Source of the DNA: Eledone cirrhosa
Taxonomy: Eukaryota
Reading direction: 5' to 3'
Length of the DNA: 64,000 nucleotides
Assembly (NCBI GenBank): GCA_964016885.1
Contig: OZ024745.1
Coordinates: 103,664,001-103,728,000, forward strand
The notes under the pieces were generated by a model that was given only the letters and a program-made list of their open reading frames with translations, was not told the origin of the DNA and searched no databases. Positions 1 through 12,538 of this stretch are shown one piece after another (position 1 is the stretch's first letter; each line of letters starts with the position of its first letter). A program made the position numbers and the translations under genes.

Positions 1-494
1 CTAATCACAAGATACTGGGTTCTAACTTGACATTTGTCGCTGTAAATTACTATTTATCCAAAAATTACTCATACGTTTAATTTTATGTTATTTGTAGGTA
101 TATCCTAAACATTTATGTAATTATATCCTAAAAATATATTATTAAAATATAATTTTTATTTTTAATCACTTCCACATGTCAGTAATAAATATAAACTATA
201 GGGTTTCTCTTATGCAAACCTTAAATATCCCAGTTTTTATAAATGTTCATATGACCAATAATCCTTGTATATATGACATAACAATTCTGGACTCCAGAAA
301 TTAAATATATTCAACACCATTGCCATCATTGTTGACAACACTGATCCACTGCTCTAATATATTTTCTATTTGTAAATTCATCGGCCTTTATTTGACATTT
401 ATACTTGGTCATATTGTTCTGAATATAGGAAAGTTTACAAAGATTGTTTGTTCCAATCTTATTGTTTATATATTTATAAGTGGAAATTTCTGGA

Positions 495-515
495 TGTGTG
501 AGAGTGTGTGTCTGA

Positions 516-594
<79 letters not shown>
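495..594. repeat. (GT)n microsatellite
   Basis: Direct dinucleotide run; a (CT)n run follows at ~751-801. Confidence 0.95.
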
Positions 595-599
<5 letters not shown>

Positions 600-763
600 G
601 AAGGAGAGAGTGCGAGAGAATCTGTGAATATGTTAAAACAATAAATATTTTTCCTATAACAATACATTCTTTCAAGTACCATTAATGAATGAAAAACATG
701 CTTTCTGACTAAAATTTTACAAAGTCGCACTCCTTTATCTAAGTTTCCATCTCTCTCTCTCTC

Positions 764-803
<40 letters not shown>

Positions 804-921
804 AGTTGGTTAGGCTAGATATAGGAAAGGGGGAAATAAATTATGGCTGACTGTGTCCACAAAAGGTATAGATGATAAGGCCTGAAAGAAACACTCTGCC
901 TAAAATGTATACTTACAAATA

Positions 922-1190
922 CTCTTACAGGGTGGACTGGGTGCTTTTTTGTTGTGTCACTAGTATGACCACCTTACAGGGTAGATTTGGTGCTTTTTTT
1001 CTTGTGTCACCAGCATCATCACCTTACAGAGTGGTCTAGATGCTTGTTTGTTGTGTCACCAACATGACCACCTTACAGAGTAAACTGGGATCTTTTTTTG
1101 TTGTGTCTCCAGCATGGCCACCTTACAGGCTGGACTGGGTGCTTTGTTGTTGTGTCACCAGCATGACCACTTAACAAGGTGGATTGTAAC
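922..1190. repeat. Degenerate 49-50-bp minisatellite, ~6 copies
   Basis: 'ttacag' recurs at 925, 974, 1024, 1073 and 1123; unit ~ccttacagggtggactgggtgcttttttgttgtgtcaccagcatgacca. Confidence 0.85.
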
Positions 1191-1339
1191 ACCAAATGCA
1201 CCACTGTTTTTCTTCAGCTTTATTTTCGTGCTAGCTTGGGTTGGAGGCGTCATATTCTGAAACTAAGCAGGGTGGATGATTACAACTTGCTCATATATTT
1301 CTGCTTACACTCTATGGCTGGCTATCCTCCCTATTGCCA

Positions 1340-2135
1340 ACCACTTTTATTGTAGCACCAGCAGTCCCATTTTACAGCATGTACTGGGTATATTTTCTTG
1401 TAGCACCAGCACACCCATTCTACAGCATGTACTGGGTATATTTTATTGTTGCACCAACACTCCCATTTTACAGTATGTTCTGGGTATATATTAATGAAGC
1501 ACAAGCACTCCCATTTTACAGTTTGGACTAGATACATTTTATTGTAGCACCAGCACTCCCATTTTACAGTTTGGACTAGATACATTTTATTGTAGCACCA
1601 GCACTCCCATTTTACAGTTTGGACTAGATACATTTTATTGTAGCACCAGCTCTCCCATTTTACAGTTTGGACTAGATACATTTTATTGTAGCACCAGCTC
1701 TCCCATTTTACAGTTTGGACTAGATACATTTTATTGTAGCACCAGCACTCCCATTTTACAGTTTGGACTAGATACATTTTATTGTAGCACCAGCTCTCCC
1801 ATTTTACAGTTTGGACTAGATACATTTTATTGTAGCACCAGCACTCCCATTTTACAGTTTGGACTAGATACATTTTATTGTAGCACCAGCTCTCCCATTT
1901 TACAGTTTGGACTGTATACATTTTATTGTAGCACCAGCACTCCCATTTTACAGTTTGGACTAGATACATTTTATTGTAGCACCAGCTCTCCCATTTTACA
2001 GTTTGGACTGTATACATTTTATTGTAGCACCAGCACTCCCATTTTACTGTTTGGACTAGATACATTTTATTGTAGCACCAACACTCCCATTTTACAGTTT
2101 GGACTGAGTACATTTTGTTGTGCTACTTGAACTAC
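1340..2135. repeat. 48-bp minisatellite, ~16 copies
   Basis: Unit cattttattgtagcaccagcactcccattttacagtttggactagata, near-identical from ~1506 to 2112; explains the 16-aa periodic ORF 1331-2113. Confidence 0.95.
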
Positions 2136-2215
2136 CACATTGAGTGCATTTTATTGTGAGTGCATTTTATTGTGACACTAACACTAAATGTTGATTTATC
2201 TCTTAACCACTATAT

Positions 2216-2554
2216 CTGGGGTCCTCCGGGCTCTACAGGCTGGATAGCCATGTAGCGGTGGCCCCGCAGGCCGGAAGCGCAATTAATACTACTTATATAC
2301 AAATAAATAATCATTCATTTATCCCTTATGTTTGATTTGAAACAAAATTCAATATTTTATACTTAGAGCTGTCCCAAGCAGAAAAATACATTTAAACAGT
2401 GTTTTATTCGGATATAACGATAGATCGGGTGCAAATTTATTGCAAACTGTACCCTATTTAGAACCCTCGCAGGCAGGATAAAGGCCTTCCTGAGCCAGAT
2501 CGAAACCCTTCACGGACCGGATGTGGCCCGCGTGCCGGGGGTTGGGGACCCCTG
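2216..2554. mobile_element. hAT (Charlie-like) non-autonomous DNA transposon/MITE
   Basis: 8-bp TSD cactatat at 2208-2215 and 2555-2562. Termini ctggggtcc / ggggacccctg are an imperfect CAGGGGTCC TIR; subterminal ggcccg motifs. Confidence 0.85.
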
Positions 2555-2619
2555 CACTATATGCATGTTTCATCCTGCTTGTGGGTCATTTGTAGTTCAG
2601 CAAATCACCAGTTAACTTG

Positions 2620-2830
2620 ATCCTGTGTCATTTCTTTCATGAGGCTAACATTCACCACACCATCCCATGTTTTCCTAGGTCTTTCACTGGTTCCATCCAC
2701 CTTGAGTTCTCTGCACTTCTTTATGTAGCTATCATCTTCTATATGCATCACATGTCCATACCGCTGCTTTCTCTTTTATACTTGCATCTGATTCCTCTTA
2801 TTCCTAGCTTTTCACTCATGTATATCTTTT
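2620..2830 (-). mobile_element. Degraded RTE LINE C-terminal fragment
   Basis: Minus strand encodes YGHVM and RPRKTW motifs matching the end of ORF 21590-22990. Confidence 0.7.
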
Positions 2831-3197
2831 CCTTTGATGCTTCAATTAAACGAAGTTAAATCAAGGAAACATACCTTTTCCAGATGTCTTAGCCAATGCA
2901 ACCATAGAAAGGCAGATGTAAAATTATGATAGTGTATGTATGTGTGTGTATGTGTGTGTGTGCTGAGACATTCTTGTAGGTGAGAGATTAGGGAGAGACA
3001 GCAACAGACGTGAAAGAGAAGGAGGAAGGGAAAACGAGAGTGTGGGGGAAGAGGAGAAAGAGAAAGCGATCGAGATAACCTATGTCGGGATGTTGCTAGA
3101 ATTGGCTTTGAGGTGAAGGACCATTGATTGGCAGCTCAGGGAGAGAGAGAGAGAGAGAGAGAGAGGTGGGTGGAAGAGAGGTAGATTCATATGATTA

Positions 3198-6043
3198 GTG
3201 TATATATACAGGACTACATGTATGTATATATACACGACTATATGTATGTATATATACAGGACTGTGTGTGTGTATATATACATGACTGTGTGTATGTATA
3301 TATACAGAACTATATGTATGTATATATACAGGACTATATGTATGTATATATACAGGACTATATGTGTGTATATATACAGGACTATATGTATATATACAGG
3401 ACTATATGTAAGTATATATACAGGACTATATGTGTGTATATATACAGGACTATATGTATGTATATATACAGGACTACATGTATGTATATATACAGGACTA
3501 TATGTATGTATATATACAGGACTATATGTATGTATATATACAGGACTATATGTATGTATATATACAGGACTACATGTATGCATATATACAGGACTATATA
3601 TGTGTATATATACAGGACTATATGTATGTATATATACAGGACTATATGTATGTATATATACAGGACTATATGTATGTATATATACACGACTATATGTATG
3701 TATATATACAGGACTGTGTGTGTGTATATATACATGACTGTGTGTATGTATATATACAGGACTATATGTATGTATATATACAGGACTATATGTATGTATA
3801 TATACAGGACTACATGTATGCATATATACAGGACTATATGTGTGCATATATACAGGACTATATGTGTGTATATATACAGGACTATGTGTGTGTATATATA
3901 CAGGACTATATGTGTGTATATATACAGGACTGTGTGTGTGTATATATACAGGACTGTGTGTGTGTGTATATACATACAGGACTATGTGTGTGTATATATA
4001 TACAGGACTGTGTGTGTGTGTGTATATACAGGACTATGTGTATGAATATATACAGGACTGTGTGTGTGTGTATATACAGGACTATGTGTATGAATATATA
4101 CAGGACTATGTGTATGAATATATACAGGACTGTGTGTATGTGTATATATACAGGACTGTGTGTGTGTGTATATACAGGACTATGTGTATGAATATATACA
4201 GGACTATGTGTATGTGAATATATACAGGACTATGTGTATGTGACTATGTGTATACAGGACTATGTGTATGTATATATACAGGACTGTGTGTATGTATATA
4301 TACAGGACTGTGTGTATGTGTGTATATACTGGACTGTGTGTATGTATATATACTGGACTGTGTGTATGTGAATATATACAGGACTGTGTGTATGTGAATA
4401 TATACTGGACTGTGTGTATGTGTGTATATACTGGACTGTGTGTGTGTGTGTGAATATATACTGGACTGTGTGTGTGAATATATACAGAACTGTGTGTATG
4501 AATATATACAGGACTGTGTGTGTGTGAATATACAGGACTGTGTATATGTGTATATATACTGGACTATATGTGTGTGTATATATACAGGACTATGTGTATG
4601 TGAATATATACAGGACTATGTGTATGTGAATATATACTGGACTGTGTGTGTGAATATATACAGGACTGTGTGTATGTATATATACAGGACTGTGTGTGTG
4701 TGTGTGTGAATATATACAGGACTATGTGTATGTGAATATATACTGGACTGTGTGTGTGAATATATACAGGACTGTGTGTATGTGTATATATATATACAGG
4801 ACTATATGTATGTGTATATATACAGGACTGTGTGTATGTGAATATATACTGGACTGTGTGTGTGTGTGTGAATATATACTGGACTGTGTGTGTGAATATA
4901 TACAGGACTGTGTGTGTGTGAATATACAGGACTGTGTATATGTGTATATATACTGGACTATATGTGTGTGTATATATACAGGACTATGTGTATGTGAATA
5001 TATACAGGACTATGTGTATGTGAATATATACTGGACTGTGTGTATGTATATATACAGGACTGTGTGTATGTATATATACAGGACTGTGTGTATGTGTGTA
5101 TATACTGGACTGTGTGTATGTATATATACTGGACTGTGTGTATGTGAATATATACAGGACTGTGTGTATGTGAATATATACAGGACTGTATGTATGTGTG
5201 TATATACTGGACTGTGTGTGTGTGTGTGAATATATACTGGACTGTGTGTGTGAATATATACAGAACTGTGTGTATGAATATATACAGGACTGTGTGTGTG
5301 TGAATATACAGGACTGTGTATATGTGTATATATACTGGACTATATGTGTGTGTATATATACAGGACTATGTGTATGTGAATATATACAGGACTATGTGTA
5401 TGTGAATATATACTGGACTGTGTGTGTGAATATATACAGGACTGTGTGTATGTATATATACAGGACTGTGTGTGTGTGTGTGTGAATATATACAGGACTA
5501 TGTGTATGTGAATATATACTGGACTGTGTGTGTGAATATATACAGGACTGTGTGTATGTGTATATATATATACAGGACTATATGTATGTGTATATATACA
5601 GGACTGTGTGTATGTGAATATATACTGGACTGTGTGTGTGTGTGTGAATATATACTGGACTGTGTGTGTGAATATATACAGGACTGTGTGTGTGTGAATA
5701 TACAGGACTGTGTATATGTGTATATATACTGGACTATATGTGTGTGTATATATACAGGACTATGTGTATGTGAATATATACAGGACTATGTGTATGTGAA
5801 TATATACTGGACTGTGTGTATGTATATATATACAGGACTGTGTGTATGTGAATATATACCGGACTGTGTGTATGTGTGTATATACTGGACTATGTGTGTG
5901 TGTGTGTGTGAATATATACAGGACTGTGTGTATGTGTATATATACAGGACTGTGTGTGTGTGTGTATGCAGGACTATATGTGTGTGTGTATATACAGGAT
6001 TATGTGTGTGTGAATATATGCAGGACTCTCTGTGTGTGTGTAT
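3198..6043. repeat. Compound minisatellite: aggact anchor plus (TA/TG)n, ~24-bp unit
   Basis: tatatatacaggactatatgtatg repeated about 100 times or more with length variation; contains a 776-bp higher-order duplication. Confidence 0.95.
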
Positions 6044-6044
6044 A

Positions 6045-6307
6045 GAAGTGTGTGGCCTAGTGGTAACAGTGTTGGACTTATAACTGTAAAGTTGAGGGTT
6101 CAATTCCTAGGCTGGGTTGTGTATACTCAACTGAAAATGAGTACCACCAATAGCTGGGAGTTTAACCATGCAATAGACTAACGTCCTGTTCAGGGTGGGG
6201 TGGGGGAGGGGGGTAGTATTGTACTCTCAGTCGCTTAATGCCATGGAAACCGGGATAAGCATCAGCCTGATGAGCCTTCAGGCTTGAGACAGACTTTAGA
6301 CTTTAGA
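6045..6307 (+). mobile_element. tRNA-derived SINE with V-domain-like centre
   Basis: A box (tggcctagtggt) and B box (gggttcaattcc); centre aaccatgcaatagactaacgtcctgttcaggg...agtcgcttaatgccatggaaaccgggataagc resembles V-SINEs as I recall them; (agacttt)n tail. Confidence 0.7.
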
Positions 6308-6344
6308 GATATGTCTGTGACTATATAGAGAACTATATATACCC

Positions 6345-6940
6345 GAGCGTTACTGACCTGTGGGGCTATGTAGAATGACTATTGTCGTGGGTGGGACCAA
6401 TCCGGTTGACCACCGAGTCCATCGTCATGATCAAACCGCCACCCTCCTTCAAAAATGAAGGAGAGGCAGTTTCCCTTTGTGTGATAACTATGGTGAAAGA
6501 GGTTGTATGGTGGATGAAGTTAAAAGGGCTGAGGTCAGACACTTTTCTCTCCGGCCAACAACTGATTCTTTTTTTCAAATACCACTTTAGAAGAAGAATC
6601 AGGATGGAGAGAGAGGTGCTGTACCCCAGCAAGTTTTATGAAAGGTGGGCGAAAGTGGCGAGAATGGCCCGAGTGAATGGGCCTTCTCTCTATATCAGCC
6701 TGTAGGTTGAGGAAAAAGAGGAAGAGAGGAAAGGGGTACTCACTCTTCGTACTCCTGGAGATGAGGGTTGCACATTTTTGGGGGGTATGTGTTACCCGTA
6801 TGTAATGTCTCCCCCTATTGGGGAAAATCGATTAATTTTTAAATTGCATTTGTGATAGTATTTTACACGTTTTTATTGTATGTAAACTTCCCCCTTTGTA
6901 TTTGTCCCCTTCTTTTGTGCCCCTGTGGCTAATAAAGAAA
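6345..6940 (+). mobile_element. 5'-truncated L1/Tx1-like LINE 3' end (ORF2 C-terminus plus 3' UTR)
   Basis: ORF 6382-6705 (…MVKEVVWWMKLKG…LILFFKYHFRRRIRMERE…FYERW) resembles Tx1-type ORF2 C-termini; AATAAA at 6931; flanked by TA-rich sequence. Confidence 0.55.
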
Positions 6941-7194
6941 GATATATATGAGTGAATATATACAAGACTATATGTGTGAATATATGTGTATATACTGCAA
7001 TTATAAACTTTCCAAATATATACAACAGACATAGCATACTTTCAACAGGTCATTCTTGTCAACTTATCTTTCATCTTTCTCTTTCATCTCAGCCATCAAT
7101 GTTCTATTGCTTTTACAGACAGAGAAAATGATCATGATTGGTGGAGTAATTTATGACAGGTGGAAATAGGGGGGTGGGTATGTGATAGATTGTT

Positions 7195-7890
7195 ATTGAT
7201 GACAATGATGAAAAGTATGGTGATGATGGTGATGAAAATGATGATGGTTGGGGATGATGGTGGTGATGGTGATGAGAATAATAAGGATGATGATGATGAT
7301 AGTGAAGATGATGATGATGATGATTATGATGATGATGATGATGATGAAGATGATGGTGGTGATGGTGATGAGCATAATAACAATGATGATGACAGTGACG
7401 ATGATGGTGATGATGGTGGTGATGATGGTGGTGGTGATGGTGGTGGTGGTGATGGTGATGAAGATGATGGCGGTAATGCCAATGAGATCAATAATGATGA
7501 TAATGGTAAAGTTGATGGTGATGGTGATGGTGATGGTGATGGTGGTGGTGATGGTGGTGGTGATGGTGGTGGTGATGGTGGTGGTGATGAAGGTGTTGGC
7601 GGTAATGCCAATGAGAGCAATAATGATGATAATGGTAAAGTTGATGGTGATGATGATGATGGTGATGGTGATGATGATGGTGGTGATGATGATGAAGATG
7701 ATGGTGGTGATGGTGATGGTGGTGGTGATGGTGGTGGTGATGGTGGTGTTGATGTTAATGAGAATAATAATGATGAAGATGATGGTGACGATGGTGATGA
7801 TGATGGTGGTGGTGATGCTAATGAGAATAATAATGGTGAAGGTGATGGTGACGACGATGATGATGAAGATGATGATGCTGCTGCTGATGG
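7195..7890. repeat. (GAT/GGT)n low-complexity trinucleotide tract
   Basis: Direct inspection; yields D/G-, M/V- and I/T-rich artefact ORFs. Confidence 0.95.
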
Positions 7891-7897
7891 TAATAAT

Positions 7898-8085
7898 TGT
7901 TTCTACTTTTGGCACAAGGCCAGCAATTACCCCCAGTGCATTACTGGTACTTTATTTTATCGACCCGGTAAGGATGAAAGGCAAAGTTAACCTCGGCGGG
8001 ATTTGAACTCAGACCGTAAAGGGTCGTAACTCTTTGCTGCAAAGCATGGCGTCCGACCCTCTACCGATACTGCCACACCACCGCC
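7898..8085 (-). mobile_element. SINE family A (tRNA head, Meta-like centre), full length
   Basis: Sense reads ggcggt..ggcagtatcggtagag…gagttcaaatcccgccgaggttaactttgcctttcatcc…gtcgataaaataaagtaccag…aacaattatt; 14-bp TSD ctgatggtaataat at 7884-7897 and 8086-8099. Confidence 0.9.
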
Positions 8086-8099
8086 CTGATGGTAATAAT

Positions 8100-9410
8100 G
8101 ACGATGCCAATGAGAATAATAACAATGATGGTGATGATGATAATGAAGATGGTGATGGTGATGATGATGATGGTGATGGTAATAATGATGAAGATGCTGG
8201 TGTCGATGCCAATGAGAATAATGATGGTGGTGGTGGTGGTGGTGGTGGTGGTGGCGATGCCAATGAGAATAATGATGGTGGTGGTAGTGGTGGTGGTGGT
8301 GGTGGCGATGCCAATGAGAATAATGATGGTGGTGGTGGTGGCGATGCCAATGAGAATAATGATGGTGGTGGTGGTGATGGTGGTGGTGGCGATGCCAATG
8401 AGAATAATGATGGTGGTGGTGGTGGTGGTGGTGATGCCAATGAGAATAATGATGATGGTGGTGGTGATGGTGGTGGTGGCGATGCCAATGAGAATAATGA
8501 TGGTGGTGGTGGTGGTGGTGGTAATGCCAATGAGAATAATGATGATGGTGGTGGTGATGGTGGTGGTGGCGATGCCAATGAGAATAATGATGGTGGTGGT
8601 GGTGGTGGTGGTGATGGTGGGTGGTAATGCCAATGAGAATAATGATGGTGGTGGTGGTGGTGGTGGTGGTGATGCCAATGAGAATAATGATGGTGGTGGT
8701 GGTGGTGGTGGTGGTGGGTGGTAATGCCAATGAGAATAATGATGGTGGTGGTGGTGGTGGTGGTGGTGGGTGGTAATGCCAATGAGAATAATGATGGTGG
8801 TGGTGGTGATGGTGGTGGTGGCGATGCCAATGAGAATAATGATGGTGGTGGTAGTGGTGGTGGTGGTGGTGGCGATGCCAATGAGAATAATGATGGTGGT
8901 GGTGGTGGCGATGCCAATGAGAATAATGATGGTGGTGGTGGTGATGGTGGTGGTGGCGATGCCAATGAGAATAATGATGGTGGTGGTGGTGGTGGTGGTG
9001 GTGGTGATGCCAATGAGAATAATGATGGTGGTGGTGGTGGTGGTGGTGGTGGGTGGTAATGCCAATGAGAATAATGATGGTGGTGGTGGTGATGGTGGTG
9101 GTGGCGATGCCAATGAGAATAATGGTGGTGGTGGTGGTGGTGGTGGTGGTGGGTGGTAATGCCAATGAGAATAATGATGGTGGTGGTGGTGATGGTGGTG
9201 GTGGCGATGCCAATGAGAATAATGATGGTGGTGGTGGTGGTGGTAGTGGTGGCGATGCCAATGAGAATAATGATGGTGGTGGTGGTGGTGGTGGTGGTGG
9301 TGGTAATGCTAATGAGAATAATAATGATGATTATGATGGGGAAGATAATGGTGAAAATGATGATGGGAGTGATGATGATGGTGATGATGATGATGATGAT
9401 GATGATGATT
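8100..9410. repeat. Compound minisatellite: gatgccaatgagaataatgat anchor plus variable (GGT)n
   Basis: Conserved ~21-bp anchor recurs more than 20 times between (ggt)n spacers of variable length. Confidence 0.95.
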
Positions 9411-9552
9411 ATCCTGTGAGGGAATGGAAGAGGAGGAAGAGAGAGAGAGAGAGGAAGAGGAAGGAGTTGTTGTATTTGATGGCAACATCAGAAATAGAGA
9501 ATTATCAAAACAATGGCAGGAATAATTATGATGATAATGTGTATGGTGATAG

Positions 9553-10125
9553 CAGTTTCTGATCTAGGCACAAGGCCAGCAATTTTGGGGGGAAGAAGGG
9601 GAAAGTTGATTAAATTGAAACCAGTGCATTACTGGTACTTTATTTTATCAACCCCGTAATGATGAAAGGCAAATTTAACCTCGGCAGGATTTGAACTCAG
9701 AATGTAAAAGGACTAATTCGATGCTGCAAATCATGGTGTCCGAGGCTCTACCAATACTGCCAATCCACTGCCCTTAAATAATGGTTTCTACTTTTGGCAC
9801 AAGGCCAGCAATTATTCCAGTGCATTACTGGTACTTTATTTTATCGACCCCGTAAGAAATGAAAGGCAAAGTTAACCTCGGCGGGATTTGAACTCAGATC
9901 ATAAAGGGACGTAACTCTATGCTTCAAATCATGGTGTCCGACTCTCTACCGATACTGCCAATCCACCGCTCTTAAGTAATGGTTTCTGGTTTTGACACAA
10001 GGCCAGCAATTTGAAGGGGAAGGATAAGTTGATTAAAATGATCCCAGTGCATTATTTGTACTTTATTTTATCGACCTCAGAAGGATGAAAGGTGAAGCTG
10101 ACCTCAACGGGATTTGACCTCAAAT
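9553..10125 (-). mobile_element. Three tandem SINE-A/A' copies
   Basis: Copies at ~9553-9772, 9783-9970 (TSD cttaa[a/g]taat) and 9981-10125; an inverted partial copy follows at ~10125-10260. Confidence 0.85.
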
Positions 10126-10462
10126 CCCACTAAAGTTAGCTTTGCTTTTCATTCTTTCGGGGTCAATAAAATGAAATACCAGTAATGCACTGGGATCGTT
10201 TTAATCGACTTACCCCTCCTCCAAAATCGTTGACCATGTTCCTAAATCAGAAACCATTAGTATTATTATTGTTAGGGTGGTGGACTGGCAGAATCATTAG
10301 AGTTTTGCACAAAATGGTTTCTGACATTAGTTACAGCCCTGTGTTTAAGACTTGTAGGAAGTTAACTCTATTTTGAATTTCAAAGGTTAGATAGACCCTT
10401 CTTTTATAGATCATAATTTCATTTTAAAACAAACCTAAAACTGTAAAGCTTAAATATGACAG

Positions 10463-10998
10463 AGTAAAGACCTCCTTTGGTCACAAATAAGCATAGCATT
10501 TGCACTAAGAAAGTTCTCCTCCAAAGCACAAGTCTGGCGATGATTATTTGTGGAAGACCAAGGGCGGTGGACTGGCAGTATCGGTAGAGGGTCAGACGCC
10601 ATGCTTTGCAGCACAGTTACATCCCTTTATGGACTGAGTTCAAATCCCGCCGAGGATAACTTTGCCTTTCATCCTTACGGGGTCGATAAAATAAAGTACC
10701 AGTAATACACTGGGATAATTTCTGGCCTTGTGCCAAAAAGTAGAAACAATTATTTGTGGAAGACCAGCATCGCCCATGCATATTGGTCTCCCCTCTCCAC
10801 ACCACCGGTGTTGTCCAAGGGAAAGGCATTGGCTGATACAGCTTTGCACCAGTGATCTCACAACTTATTTCTACAGCTGAGTAAACTGGAGCCACGTGAA
10901 ATAAAGTGTCTTGCTGAAGGACACAATGCATCACCAGGTCTGGAAATTGAACTAACAACCTCACGATTGCAAGCTCAATACTCTAACCACCAAGTCAT
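10463..10998 (-). mobile_element. tRNA-derived SINE (SINE-B-type head, different 3' tail) interrupted by SINE-A
   Basis: Head and centre (gtgtccttcagcaagacactttatttcacgtggctccagtttactcagctgtagaaat) shared with 23392-23730 and 32217-32565; tail ends ...gaggtctttac. Confidence 0.75.
10561..10748 (+). mobile_element. SINE-A, full length
   Basis: 18-bp TSD attatttgtggaagacca at 10543-10560 and 10749-10766. Confidence 0.92.
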
Positions 10999-11632
10999 GC
11001 ACAATCACAATTATTACACAATTCTCCACATTGTTATATAAGCATCTACAAATGTTAAACATTCTCTCCTTATGTCCAGCCCTAGAATAATGTAAAGTTG
11101 TTTACATAGTCTTAATGTGTGAGTAGATAAATTTAAACTGCTATTTCGCTTATGGTTTTGATTCAATGCATAAGGTTTAGGTTGGAACTGTTCATAATCA
11201 AATGTTTGTAATCTGTTCAAACATCTTGATTTGATTTAATGGGGATTGTTAGAATTATAATGTCTATAATATATTAGTAATAATCTGATTAATTCTACCA
11301 GTTTTATTTATGAGAAATTTGAAATAAATTAAGCTCAATTGTTATATAACAAGTTTAATACATTGAAATAGAATGGCAAGACAATTAATAAGCATCTGAC
11401 AAAAATGAAGTAAATCTACTCATTTACTGTTGCTATTCAATTTTATTATAGTAATTTGTTTAATTTAAAATGTATTGGACTTCAGAAGTATTCCAACTAT
11501 AGCAAATGTTCTCAGCCTTGAGTAAAGAAGGGGGGGGGGGTTATGATACTGGATTTGTGCATATTTTGTTTCAATTATAATTAAAAACAATCTGAAGTTG
11601 AGAAGTTGAAGTAAACCAGTTTTGTTTATTAA

Positions 11633-11748
11633 CCCTTTAGCATTTACATTATTCTATATATACTATTCTATTTTCATAGTAAAGGCTTTACTTCACGTAA
11701 TTATCTCACGTAATATCAAATCTATGAGATTTTAATGTTTTTTATTTT
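11633..11748 (+). mobile_element. Left half of piggyBac-like TTAA MITE
   Basis: ttaa+ccctttagcattta start, matching the full copy at 18032-18256. Confidence 0.8.
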
Positions 11749-12191
11749 GTTTCAATTATAATTAAAGACAATCTGAAGTTGAGAAGAAAGTTTGAAGTAA
11801 ACCAGTTTTGTTTATTAAAATACTAATTTGTTTTCATTCTACCATTTTGGACTTAACAACCTGCATTTTATACTTGTTAATTACTGTGTTGTCAATGTAG
11901 TGGTTTGAATTAGAGAAGAATAACTCTTTCAAGAAATTAATGACAAAATTAAAAGAAAATATCAACTTGACTAAATGCTTGTCAGTTATTCTTTCTATTC
12001 ATTTATATTTTCAAATTTCTTCTTTATCAGATGCTATGTCACGGTTAACATCTAAATTCAAATTACTGCACTAAACATAATGGGGGTAAATTGATATTTG
12101 GTAACTTGTCACTGGTTTAACTCATCTATTGTTGAATTAATCTTAAACATTCAGTTCTTCATTAAGATTAAAGGCAGCACTGTACTATAAT

Positions 12192-12538
12192 TCAATCCAA
12201 TCCAAAGCCTTCATACTCCTGCTAGAGGAATCCAACTCCTCTGGTTAACCTCTGTTTGGTTTTGATCATGTCAAGGGTGTAGCCATACTCACCATGCTTG
12301 ACCAACTGTGGGTTGATGAGGTAATTTAACCCATAGTTGGGGTGGGATGGACATTGACTCTGAGGAGTTCATCCTCCCTTTTAACAGCTCTTGTTTTTTG
12401 TGCTGCTGGGACCCCTCCTTACCCTCTTCACCAGACCAGGGTCTAGTGTGAGAGCTGGTTTAGTTGCCAACTCAACCATGAAGCAGGATGTACTGCTGGG
12501 TTACATGGTACCAGCAGCAAATAGAAGGCTGACCTGTC
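12192..12538 (-). mobile_element. Retroposon insertion (SINE/LINE 3' part) with (GGATT)n tail
   Basis: 12-bp TSD ctgtactataat at 12180-12191 and 12539-12550; short-repeat tail caatccaatcca at the left end. Confidence 0.7.

Noticed and set aside
1331-2113. 260-aa Cys/Trp periodic ORF
   Set aside because: By-product of a 48-bp (multiple of 3) minisatellite derived from a retroposon UTR.
3080-6103. Many long Y/I/C/V/H/T-rich ORFs
   Set aside because: Translations of the TA/TG compound satellite, open in several frames on both strands.
6262-6300. ctgatgagcc-ttca-ggc hammerhead-like core
   Set aside because: Lacks GAAA after stem II and is better explained as the usual 3' part of the V-like SINE.
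8100-9410. CRISPR-like repeat-spacer appearance (also 29598-30955)
   Set aside because: Spacers are simple (GGT)n rather than unique sequence; eukaryotic context with no cas genes.
7160-9562. Asp/Gly-rich, His-rich and Pro-rich ORFs resembling biomineral or structural proteins
   Set aside because: Trinucleotide repeats open in most frames, interrupted by a SINE and by frameshifting gggtgg variants; no signal peptide or splice support.
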